Assembly (NCBI GenBank): GCA_024679065.1
Contig: JAGIQG010000013.1
Coordinates: forward strand, 56,482,001-56,546,000
Source of the DNA: Sphyrna mokarran
Taxonomy: Eukaryota
Reading direction: 5' to 3'
Length of the DNA stretch: 64,000 bases
Positions within the stretch are counted from its first letter, which is position 1; every line of letters starts with the position of its first letter. The translations under genes were made by a program, and so were the position numbers. Shown here one piece after another: positions 52,725 to 63,518 of this stretch. The notes beneath the pieces were generated by a model. It did not search any database and was not told the DNA's origin. It was given only the letters and a program-made list of their open reading frames with translations.

Positions 52725-53280
52725 GGTTCAGTGACTGCAGCTTTGCTTCTGAGCTAGAGGATCTTGATTCAAAGTCCACTCCAGGGATAGAAGCAGAACG
52801 AAACCTAGGCTGACACTCCAGTGTAGTACTGAGTGAGTGCTGCATTGTCAGAGGTGCTGTCTTTTAAATGTGATATTACGCTTTGCTCTTGAATGGATGA
52901 AAACGATTTGAAGAAAAGTAGGTGTGTTCCTAACTTCTGTCTAATTTCTTTTGAATTTTTTGGCTGATATATTTATGTATGTGGCCCCTTTAAATTTTTT
53001 TGAAAGGCTGTGACATGGTAATTTAAAGGGGCTGACTCAGGTGTGGAATATACTGCATAGCTACACAGCTGCAGAGCTTACAGGGAACATTGGTGAGTTC
53101 TCCCCAGCATTGTGGCCAGTTTGAATCTCTCAACCAATATCAATAAAATAACACATGTATTTATGACATTGCTGTTTGCGGGAGCTTGCTGTGTGCAAAT
53201 TGATGTCATGTTTCCTACCCTACACCCTTAGAAAATGTTTCAGTAGCTGTAAAGCATTTTGAGGTGCACGTCCTTTGTTT
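52725..53280 (+). mobile_element. Deu-domain SINE with insertion; an opposite-strand 3' fragment lies at ~52215-52460
   Basis: ggctgacactccagtgtagtactgagtgagtgctgcattgtcagaggtgctgtcttt Deu core. Confidence 0.75.
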
Positions 53281-54570
53281 CTTTACTGGTGTAAATTAGA
53301 AAACTTTTCTTTTATGATTAGCTTATTTTTTTTCCCTTTCTCTGCTGTGGATCAAATCTCCAGACCCCTACCAAAGCAGACATCCTTCATGTACAAACCT
53401 GGATGGTGAGAATCAGGCTAACAAAACCTGCAACCATTTCAGTCTCACCCAGTAAGCACACACCTGTGCACTAGTGTACGGAAAGCGATCGGGAGCAGAG
53501 TTACTTATACTGAGTGTTTTCTTGCAGGACGAAGGTAGGAGTTAATATCAAATATCAAATCTTTAAATCACCCTTACAGACGCACTGTTTACTTTTTATT
53601 AACTTGCTTACTTTGATTAGTAGCCAAATATGTACAGTTTTGGATTTCACCAGACAGAGTTCCTTAAAGGACCCTTTTATTTTTGTGGTGTCATTTCACA
53701 GGTTCTAAAAAGGAACAGTTCTATTAAATTAATATTGGATATTACGAGGAAATAAAATGAAAATAGGATGAGTTGAATTTAGGAATCATTCTCTGAAGCT
53801 TTGTAAACTTGGAGCTCCTTCAAACATATGATGGCATTTGTAAATATGCAATCCTGATAGGTGTGAGTTGAGCTTCACAAGATATAATCAGGAGAGATTG
53901 ACGTGATACCCAAGTATTATCATCGCCTGTACAAACTGTTCATTTCTTCAGCCAAGCTCTATACTATTGTGTTTCAGTGAGTTGGTGACGTGTGCCATGA
54001 TGTCAGTCAGTGCTTGGCACTGTTTTATCTGGACTCCTGACAAGTAAGGCAGAGACGATTGTGTGGCTATTTTGGGAAGGCCATGTTCACTCCCAGCTTT
54101 TTCATTGTTTGGATAATTTCCTTTGTAATACTGTACTTTTACCAGCTCTCGAAATAATTATACTCACCACTTCGTTTTAACACCAAATCATGAAGGTTAT
54201 GGCATAACTTTTATTGTGCAATCTGTGGTGTTTAGTGATGTAATTTGCTTGAAAGCAAGGCCAGTGATGCACTGACCCGGTGATCGGAAACAAAATGTGA
54301 GAGAAAGATGTTTAAGTGGGAAAGAAGCAAAACATGAGGAACTACAGACTCAACCTTTCATAGCATGGACTGGTGTAAACTGCACCTGGATACCTATCTA
54401 TAACTTGGAAGTACTAAACATGAAGGAAGAACTGTCCTGATTATTATGTGTTGCAGCAACACAGATATAAGACTCTTTGAGTGATTTTGCAATAAAAACA
54501 GATCAGAACAATCTTTCCTCCACATGGACTGTGTTTAATCCTTTGGTTACTTAATTTAAGATATATTTAA

Positions 54571-56111
54571 TTTAAGAGCAACACAGCACGGGAAACAGGC
54601 CCTTCGGCCCAACGAGCCCGCGCCGCCGTCATAACTATATAGTAGCAATTCCATTATCCTATTATAGATTTAGGTTATTCCTAATATGGAAGACTCTCAC
54701 TATAGGGACAATTTGTTTCCCAATTAGCCTAAGAGCGAATTTTTGGGTTGTGGGAGGAAACCGGAGCGCCCGGAGAAAACCCACGCAACCACGGGGAGAA
54801 CGCGCAAACTCCCGCAGACACCGGCCCAATTCCAAGTGTCTGCACAGCCACATCGATAGTCTCTGAGCTGTCATGGTGCCCTTCAGATGGTCCACATAAA
54901 GCACTCATTTACGACATGAGGTACCAGGCAACCCATGAATCAACATCCAAGAGCTGTCCTCGCACCACCTGCCGAATGCATGCTCCTTGTTGGTCAAGTA
55001 TGGACCGAATTACCTGTGGAAAAAAAGCCATAGTTAAACAGTCCTACTATATCCCTCTATCTGCATACCGCTCATGTGGCTGTCCAAGAGACCCTTAAAC
55101 AGCCCCAGCGTGCCTGCTCCCACCACCTTACTCGGCAGTGCATTCCACACCCCCACTACCCTTTGTGTGAAAAACTGCCCTCTAATATTCGTCTTATACA
55201 TAGCCCCCCTCACCCTATGGCCATGACCCCTCGTCCTATCCATTTCTGAAGGTGGAAAAAGTTTACCTCCATTTACTCTATCTATACCCCTTATAATCTT
55301 ATACACCTCTATGAGATCCCCTCTAAGCCGACGTTTTTCAAGGGAAAACAACCCCAGTCTATTTAATCGTTCCTCATAAGATAATTTTATAAGGGGTTAG
55401 ATAGAGTAAATGGAGGTAAACTTTTTCCACCTTCAGAAATGGATAGGACGAGGGGTCATGGCCTTAGGGTGAAGGGGGCTATGTATAAGACGAATATTAG
55501 AGGGCAGTTTTTCACACAAAGGGTAGTGGGGGTGTGGAATGCACTGCCGAGTAAGGTGGTGGGAGCAGGCACGCTAGGGCTGTTTAAGGGTCTCTTGGAC
55601 AGCCACATGAGCGGTATGCAGATAGAGGGATATAGTAGGACTGTTTAACTATGGCTTTTTTTCCACAGGAAATTCGGTCCATACTTGACCAACAAGGAGC
55701 ATGCATTCGGCAGGTGGTGCGAGGACAGCTCTTGGATGTTGATTCATGGGTTGCCTGGTACTTCATGTCGTAAATGAGTGCTTTATGTGGACCATCTGAA
55801 GGGCACCATGACAGCTCAGAGACTATCGCTGTAGCTGTGCAGACACTTGGAATTGGGCCGGTGTCTGCGGGAGTTTGCGCGTTCTCCCCGTGGTTGCGTG
55901 GGTTTTCTCCGGGCACTCCGGTTTCCTCCCACAACCCAAAAATTCGCTCTTAGGCTGATTGGGAAACAAATTGTCCCTATAGTGAGAGTCTTCCATATTA
56001 GGAATAACCTAAATCTATAATAGGATAATGGAATTGCTACTATATAGTTATGACGGCGGCGCGGGCTCGTTGGGCCGAAGGGCCTGTTTCCCGTGCTGTG
56101 TTGCTCTTAAA
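54571..56111. repeat. ~725-bp inverted repeat (54571-55296 and 55387-56111) with 90-bp spacer
   Basis: Arms are reverse complements with about 10 differences by manual count; spacer 55297-55381 is a direct repeat of 56118-56202. Confidence 0.97.
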
Positions 56112-58761
56112 AAAAAATCTTATACACCTCTATTAGATCCCCTCTAAGCCGACGTCTTTCAAGGGAAAACAACCCCAGTCTATTTAATCGTTCCTCATAA
56201 GACAGTCCTTCCATACCAGGCAGCATCCTGGTAAACCTCCTCTGCACTCTCTCCAAGGACTCCACATCCTTCCGATAGTACGGCGACCAGAACTGGACGC
56301 AGTATTCCAAGTGAGGCATAACCAACGTTCTATACAACTGCAACATCAAACTCCTACTCTTGTATTCTATACCCTTTTCTATGAAAGCTAACATACTATA
56401 CGTCTTCTTTATCACCTTCTCCACCTGTGAGGACACCTTCAGAGACTTGTGAACCTGCACCCCCAAGTCTCTCTGCGTCTCTATGCTCCGTATAGTTTTA
56501 CCTTTTATCCTATAACTCTCTTCTACATTTTTCCGGCCAAAATGCATCACCTCGCATTTATCCGGATTAAATTCCATTTGCCATCTATCTGCCCAGTCTA
56601 CCAACCTATCTATGTCCTGTTGTATTGCCTGGCACTGCTCCTCTGTACCCGCCAATCCAAGCATCTTAGTGTCATCAGCAAATTTGCTGATCTCACCACC
56701 TACCCCAACTTCCAAGTCGTTTATGTAGACCACAAATAGAAGAGGACCTAGTACTGAGCCTTGTGGCACTCCACTAGTGACAGGCTTCCAGCCGGAAAAA
56801 GAGCCTTCCACTACTACCCTCTGTCTCCTCCTCCCGAGCCAGTTCTCAACCCATCTACATACCCGACCCTGTATCCCATGCGCCTTCACCTTCTCTATCA
56901 GTCTACCATGAGGAACCTTGTCAAACGCCTTACTGAAATCCATGTAGACGACATCAACAGCATGTCCTTCATCAACTGTTTTTGTCACTTCTTCAAAAAA
57001 TTCCACTAGATTTGTAAGACAAGACTTCCCCTTGATGAAGCCATGCTGCGTATCCCTGATCAGATCGCAGTGCTCCAGATGCTCATACATCCTGTCCCTG
57101 AGAATCCTCTCCATTAGCTTACCTATAACTGAAGTCAAGCTCACCGGCCTATAGTTCCCTGGGTTATCCCTCTGAACTTTTTTAAACAACGGTACTACGT
57201 TTGCTATCCTCCAGTCCTCTGGGACCTCACCTGTGTCCAAGGAAGAGACAAAGATTTGCGTCAGAGGCCCAGCCAAGTCTTCCCTCAACTCCCTTAGCAG
57301 CCTGGGGTACATGCCATCAGGCCCCGGAGCTTTATATGTCTTTAAGCTGCCTAACAGCCCCAACACCTCTTTCCTCGTAATCTTTATTTCCCTCAATGGA
57401 TCCTCAACTTTGTCAACATCAGCAACAGACATCTGGCCAGTCTCCTGCGTGAATACCGACGCAAAGTATTCATTCAGGATCTCCCCCATTCCCTCAGGCT
57501 CTAAGCATAGATCCCCTCCTCTGTCCCTGAGGGGTCCAATCTTGCCTCTAACCATCCTTTTGCTCCTTACATAGGTGTAAAATGCCTTAGGATTTACCTT
57601 AATCCTACCTGCCAGAGCCACCTCGTGGCCCCTTTTTGCCTTTCTAACACCCCTTTTAAGATCCCTTCTACACTCTCTATAAGCTTCCAGCGCTGTCTCA
57701 GTCCCCAGTTGCCTAGATCTAATGTAAGCCTCTTGCTTCTTCCTGATCAAGTCCTCAATATCCCTGGTAAGCCACGGTTCTCTAATCCTACCTTTCCCAT
57801 CCTTCCTCCTTGCCGGCACGTATCTTTCCTGCAGAGAGTTTCGTTTTCCCTTGAAAGACTCCCACATGTACCTCGTCGACCTGCCCTCGAAAAGCTTATC
57901 CCAGTCGGTATCTTTAAGATCTTGCCTAATCTGGCTGTATCTAGCCCTCCCCCAGTTAAATACCTTCCCTTTTGGGCCTGTCTCGTCCTTTTCCATTAAT
58001 ATCCTAAAGCAGACAGAGTTGTGATCACTATTTGACACCTGCTCTCCTACCTCGGCGTCAACCACCTGGCCTGGCTCATTCCCCAGAACCAAATCCAGTA
58101 TAGCCCCCTCTCTAGTCGGGCCATCCACATACTGCTCCAAGGACCCTTCCAAAACACACTGTACAAATTCCTCCCCGTCCACTCCTACAGCTCTGGGCAC
58201 TCTCCAATCTCCTCCAGGAAAATTGAAATCTCCCACTACTACTACCCTATTTTTCCTACACTTATCTAAAATGTCCCTGCATATCCCTCCTTCCACGGCT
58301 CGCGGGCTGTTGGGCGGTCTGTAGTAAACACCCAACAGAGTAACCACTCCCTTCCTATTCCTCAACTCCACCCATAGAGACTCAATTCCTAAATCATCCA
58401 TACCTCCCTCCCTCTGCACTGCTAGGATGTTGTCCTTAACTAATAAAGCCACTCCCCCGCCTCTCCTCACACCAACTCTGTCATGCCTAAAACACTTATA
58501 CCCTGGAATATTCAATTGCCAGTCTTGCCCCTCCTTCAACCACGTCTCGGTCACCGCCACCACTTCTAAACTCCTCGTGAACATTATTGCCTTCAGTTCA
58601 TCTGTTTTGCCAGTCACACTCCTCGCATTAAAACACGTGCACTGAAGACCCTCAGCTCTCGGATATTCCTTTCTACCTTCTGGTGTTACCCTATCATCCC
58701 TCTCTCTCCCACTCCCAGTTCCCTCTCTCTCCCCACCCTCCCTCCCTATTAGTTTAAACAC
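56107..58761 (-). CDS. LINE ORF2: APE endonuclease plus reverse transcriptase, broken near the C-terminus by the rearrangement
   Basis: 884 codons without a stop: CFNARS, VTETW, GDFN, SDHN, GVPQGSVLGP, FADD. The missing C-terminus (IIRGIDRV..EGYSRTV*) is present in both inverted arms. Confidence 0.95.
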   Translation of the reverse strand: MFKLIGREGGEREGTGSGRERDDRVTPEGRKEYPRAEGLQCTCFNARSVTGKTDELKAIMFTRSLEVVAVTETWLKEGQDWQLNIPGYKCFRHDRVGVRRGGGVALLVKDNILAVQREGGMDDLGIESLWVELRNRKGVVTLLGVYYRPPNSPRAVEGGICRDILDKCRKNRVVVVGDFNFPGGDWRVPRAVGVDGEEFVQCVLEGSLEQYVDGPTREGAILDLVLGNEPGQVVDAEVGEQVSNSDHNSVCFRILMEKDETGPKGKVFNWGRARYSQIRQDLKDTDWDKLFEGRSTRYMWESFKGKRNSLQERYVPARRKDGKGRIREPWLTRDIEDLIRKKQEAYIRSRQLGTETALEAYRECRRDLKRGVRKAKRGHEVALAGRIKVNPKAFYTYVRSKRMVRGKIGPLRDRGGDLCLEPEGMGEILNEYFASVFTQETGQMSVADVDKVEDPLREIKITRKEVLGLLGSLKTYKAPGPDGMYPRLLRELREDLAGPLTQIFVSSLDTGEVPEDWRIANVVPLFKKVQRDNPGNYRPVSLTSVIGKLMERILRDRMYEHLEHCDLIRDTQHGFIKGKSCLTNLVEFFEEVTKTVDEGHAVDVVYMDFSKAFDKVPHGRLIEKVKAHGIQGRVCRWVENWLGRRRQRVVVEGSFSGWKPVTSGVPQGSVLGPLLFVVYINDLEVGVGGEISKFADDTKMLGLAGTEEQCQAIQQDIDRLVDWADRWQMEFNPDKCEVMHFGRKNVEESYRIKGKTIRSIETQRDLGVQVHKSLKVSSQVEKVIKKTYSMLAFIEKGIEYKSRSLMLQLYRTLVMPHLEYCVQFWSPYYRKDVESLERVQRRFTRMLPGMEGLSYEERLNRLGLFSLERRRLRGDLIEVYKIFF

Positions 58762-59518
58762 TTCTGAAACCCTCCAGCTAACCTCCCAGCTAAAATATGT
58801 GTTCCCCTCCCAGTCAACTGCTCCCTATCCCTCTTGAATAGATGACCCTCCCTCCTGAAGACCTCCCAATGACCAATGAATATGAAGCCTTCTGCCCTAC
58901 ACCAATCCCTCATCCATGCATTTAGTTGTAGTGTCTCATTTGTTTTTACCCAATCGGTCCCGGGCACAGGCCAGAGAACGCCACCCTGGAGGCCCTACCT
59001 TTCAGTTGAGCCCCCAACTCCCTAAAATGCCTACGTATGTCCCCCCTGTGCTTTCTTCCTACATCTTTCTGTCCTACGTGAACTATTACATTTGCCTTAG
59101 ACCCTTCTCCCTTCAAAATTCCCTCTACCCTCTCTGAAACATCCTGGACTCCTGCTCCAGGGAGGCAGACTACCATCCTGGAGTCTCTCTTTTGCCCACA
59201 GAAATGCCTATCGATTCCTATAACCATCCCATCCCCCACCAATATCTCACTTCCTACTTTCCTGCTGGTCTCTGTGGCATTCTGTTCCCCCTCACCTGCC
59301 CTCTCCATCACAGCTTTTACCCCTCCCTTGGTTTTCTGGGAATCCTCCTTAGAGATGGCCTTTGTGCCTTGATTTTTATTCTTGTTCCTCGTAACTGTAA
59401 CCAGCCTGTCCCTACTACTAGATCCTGGGGTCCCCGCAGGACTACCTTCCCTATTCATTGTAACCTCATTTTCCCTCACTAGACACATGTCCTCCAAGCG
59501 CAGCTCCAGCTGCCTCAA
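58749..59518 (-). pseudogene. LINE ORF1, 5'-truncated, coiled coil plus SGNH/GDSL esterase fold, one frameshift near 58960
   Basis: LRQLELRLEDM coil, ILVGDG, VCLPGAGVQDV, VIVHVGQKD, LNAWMRDWCRAEGFIFIGHW and FKRDREQL match the layout of CR1 ORF1 esterases. Confidence 0.85.
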
Positions 59519-60405
59519 CCTAGCGTTACAGGTTATATTGAACAGTAATTAGGTAAATATCTACAAAAATCTCTCAGGTTCATGATTTTTGTTATCTATA
59601 CTTCTAAAAACAATAGGAAAGAAATAAGTAATAGATTCTAACCAATAATTCTCAATACAACAAATCTAGATGTTGGTAATTTTCATTCATTCTGTTGCCA
59701 CCTCCAGACTCAATCTCTGGAATTCTATTGCTTTGCCCGCCACGGAATCGGAACAGGCAAGGGGCGGACAAAAGAAATGTCAGTTGACCTTGGGTGCAGA
59801 TTCCCAGTCTTGCTCAAGTGAGACTGTAAAATACTGCGCAATAACTCCAATTAAAGTAAAGTACAGTGAATGCTGGAACTCTGAAATAAAAACAGCTCAT
59901 GCTGGATAAACTCAGCAAGGGTGGCAGTATCTGCAGAGAGAAACAGAGTTAAAGGGCAGCATTTTTTAAAAATAAAATGGCAAAATGCCAGGTTCTGACT
60001 GAAAACTGATGTGTTTTTCTCCAGAAACACAGTTCATGTTTTCTCACCACAGCTTCTGACGCATGGTCAAAAAAATCTGGGAACGTGCTTTATGCCGTCA
60101 CTCTGGTGTGGACACTGCCGAATGCCAGGAGGCAGTGCCCAGCCTCAGCCCTCAAACCCCAGGGCCTCCAGCACCTCCACCTTACCAGTGTGGTCATGTT
60201 GATTGGTTGTTGTTTTTGAAACCAGTGATGAAATGTGCTGGAATAACATTATGCTGCTGGGAGGGAGCATTCCGCAGAGCTGGACAATACGATGCTGAGC
60301 CTTTTAATTATATTTAAGTTCATTCAAATCAGGTTCATACCCTTTCTGAGTGTGAATCTGATTACGTCGCCAGTGAGGGAACGGAAAGATCTCAAACCGA
60401 GCCAA

Positions 60406-60762
60406 AAACTGAAAATGCTGGAAAATCTCGGCATGTCTGACAACATCTGTGGGGAGAGAATAGAGCCAACAATTCAAGTCTAGATAACCCTTCATCAGAG
60501 TTTGTATCTCAAACTGAAGTCTCACTGGCACAAATCCTGTTATGTCCCTCTTGCAAGAATTAGCAGCCTTAATAGGATTTCTGTCTTTTGTGCATGGGCT
60601 CACTAAATATCACCCAAAATTTCATGGCCATATGACGTCTTTACAGAACTGTAAAGAGTTCTATAGAAGGATCACATGGACTCGAAAAGTTAATTCAATT
60701 TCTGTCTCCACAGATGCTGCCAGAACAGCTGAGATTATCTGGCATGTTTTGTCTTTATTTCA
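60406..60762. mobile_element. Inverted pair of short Penelope-terminus-like repeats (60406-60500 minus, 60659-60762 plus)
   Basis: Minus copy CTGATGAagggttatctagacttGAAttgtt; plus copy ctatagaaggatcacatggactcGAAAagtta; both followed by tct..ccacagatg..tg.caga..gagatt. Confidence 0.65.
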
Positions 60763-60974
60763 ATTACTCCAATGCTGTCCACCAGCTTCTATCCTCCAAC
60801 CCCCTGCATCCAATACTTGATGACATATATCATGTCTTGGAACATGTCCTACTTGTCTGTTATCTCATCCTCGCTGACCTCGCATTATCCCTGCTCCACA
60901 ATGGGTCAAGTTTCAAATTCTCATTCTTATGAGAGGTAAATTGTTCCATGACATCACCTCTCCTTTTTCTTTAT

Positions 60975-61545
60975 ATTCCTTTATGGGATGTGGGCATGGC
61001 TGGCAAGGCGAGCATTTATTGTCCTTGAGAAAGTGGTAGTGAGCTGCCTTCTTGAATTGCTGCAGCGTAGGTACACCTACAGTGCTGTCAAGAAGGGAAG
61101 TCCAGGATTGACCCACCGACACAGAAGGAATAGTGATATATTTTCAAGTCAGGATGGTGTGTGACTTGGAGAAGAAACTGCAGGTGGTGTTCATATACAT
61201 CTGCTGCCCTGGTCCTTCTTGGTGGTAAAGGTTGTGGGTTTGGAAAATGTTGTCAATTAGAAACTTGGTGAGTTCCTGCAGCACGGTACACAGTATATCG
61301 TAGACAGTCCACACTGCTGCGACTGTGTGTTGGTGTTGGATGTTTATTGTGAAGGATGAGATGCCAATTAATTGGACTGCTTTGAAATTTTTGAGTGTTG
61401 TTCGAGCTGCATTCACACAAGCAGATAGTATTTCATCACATGACTGACTTGTGTGTTGTAGATGATGGATAGGCTTTGGGAAATTAGGTAGTAAGTTACC
61501 CTCTGCAAAATTCACAGCTTCTGGCTGCTCTTTTGCCACAGTCTC
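60975..61545 (-). mobile_element. Second-family CR1/L2-group LINE 3' fragment
   Basis: Minus frame LQQFKKAAHYHFLKDN; INIQHQHTVAAVWTVY. Confidence 0.75.
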
Positions 61546-61549
61546 AATG

Positions 61550-62307
61550 GAATTTTACACATTCTTCCCATGTCTGTGTGGGTTTCCTCTGGATGCTCCG
61601 GTTTCCTCCCACAGTCCAAAGATATGCAAGTTAGATTGCTTGGCCATGCTAAATTGCCCAACGGTGTCAAGGGGATTAACAGGGTAAATATGTGGGGGTG
61701 TGGAGATGGGGCCTGGGTGAGATTGTCATTGGTGCAGGTTTGATGGGCCGAATAGTCTCCTTCTACACTGTAGGGATTTTATGAAATTTAACTCTCATTC
61801 TACAGTGGATGGCATGGTGGCACAGTGGTTGGCGCTGCTGCCTCACAGCACCAGGGACCCTTTTCAATTGGGAAGACGGTAGTGAGTTTCCTTCTTGAAT
61901 TGCTGCAGTCCATGTCATGTAGGTACACCTACAGTGCTGTCAGGAAGGGCGATCCAGGATTTTGACCCACCGATGGTGAAGGAATGGTGTTATATTTCCA
62001 ATTCAGGGTGTGTGTGAGACTCGGAGAGGAACTTATAGGTGGTATTTGTATACAGCTGTGACTGTCTGTATGGAATGTGCACATTTTCCCTATATCTGTG
62101 TAGCTTTCCTCCGGGTGCTCTGGTTTTCTCCCACAGTCCAAAGATGTGTGGGTTAGATGCATTGGCCATGCCAAATTGCCTTTTAGTGTCAGGGGGATTA
62201 ACAGTGTAAGTATGTGGGGTTACAGGGATAGCGCCAAGGTGGGATTGTTGTTAGCGCAGCCTTGATGGGCTGAATGGCCACCATCTGCTTTATAGGGATT
62301 CTATGAA
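61550..62307 (+). mobile_element. Two HE1 SINEs (61550-61785 headless; 61808-62307 split by a LINE tail at 61870-62055)
   Basis: V cores and gattctatg tails; head ggcatggtggcacagtggttggcgctgctgcctcacag. Confidence 0.8.
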
Positions 62308-63287
62308 TATAGGGGGCAGGTGACCTCTCTGTGCCTAATATTAAATAAATATAAATCATTGGGGAGGGGTTGAGAGCACAGCAGGAGTACAGCACAACAC
62401 CCATTTTATCCTTTTTCTGCTCTCTTTTATCTTCCTGCTGGGGAGGGAGGATTAGAGTCAGCTCTTAAATGCTCAGAGTCAAAGTCAAATTGTCGTAAAT
62501 CCTGCAATGTACACAAATTCAATATAAAACTCACTTCAGCTTTTTATTTAGGCAAGAAAGTATGAATTATTTTCACCAATGTCATTGTACAGCCAAGTGT
62601 ATATACAACGTACAAGACAGCGAGTTAAATAAATTGATGCATATGACAAATTCTCCCAGAATCTGAACAATAACAGTGTTGCATACTGACAGGAGAATTC
62701 ATTGGGCTGTTTCCCACATGAAATCATTTTCTTGCTGTCTAAGATAATCTCTTCTCATGTTTCTGCCAATATTATTCTTGAGGCAATCAGTTGCACAAAA
62801 CTGGCCTAGTTTGACTTGTCCTCCAATCCTTGTCTGGCCTTGTGCCAAAGCATGTGTTGTTCACTTGGCATCTCCAAATGATGGCACAGCCAGGCAAGGA
62901 GATGTAAGAGAGAATGAATGATCATACTGGAGTTTACTATCCTCAGTCTGGTCAGTACACACGGGGGTTGCACCTATTTATCTCTAGAACAGAAGACTAC
63001 TTGACCATTGAACTGGTTGAGTTCAACTCACACTTGACTGGCCAACCCATTAGAATTGTCCTGAAATCTCCATGAATTAAAGGTTAATCTCCTGCTTGCT
63101 GCTGCATGAAATGTGGTGAAAAGTCATGGAGGTGTTACATAAAACTCATTTTTTTTGTATTTGTTTTGCAGCCTTTTGTTTACTAGCTTTAGAATGATTG
63201 TAAATGGAGGTAAGAAGACAATTTAATCAGGTAGATCGGTCAGTCATGTGTTGAAACCTCTAGGTATAAACTGGATCAGAATTGGCA

Positions 63288-63518
63288 ACCTGTGCGGAGT
63301 TCACACATTCTCCCCGTGTCTGCATGGGTTTCCTCTGGGTGCTCCGGATTCCTCCCACTGTCCAAAGATGTTCAGGCTAGGTTGATTGGTCATGCTAAAT
63401 CATCCCTTAATGTCAGGATATATATGTGCAGTTATGAGGGTAGTGCCGGATGGGATTGTTGTTGGTGCAGGTCAATGCACTGAATGGCCTTCTTCTGCAC
63501 TGTAGGGATTCTGTGATT
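63288..63518 (+). mobile_element. 5'-truncated HE1 SINE
   Basis: V core and tail without the tRNA head. Confidence 0.85.

Larger units (their letters stand above)
54551..59524 (-). mobile_element. Young near-full-length CR1-clade LINE with fold-back duplicated 3' end
   Basis: ORF1 (SGNH-like), ORF2 (APE plus RT), ~460-nt 3'UTR, tail tcttaaattaaatata-tcttaaattaa, candidate TSD GTTAC at 54546-54550 and 59525-59529. Confidence 0.95.

Noticed and set aside
54748-55934. Twin 116-aa ORFs (MWEETG..)
   Set aside because: Antisense reading of the V-domain UTR, duplicated by the palindrome; similar peptides arise from any HE1 SINE.
60011-60317. Possible plus-strand exon (acceptor-like ttttctcaccacag, Pro-rich frame) of a neighbouring gene
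   Set aside because: No recognisable protein in any frame and no convincing donor.
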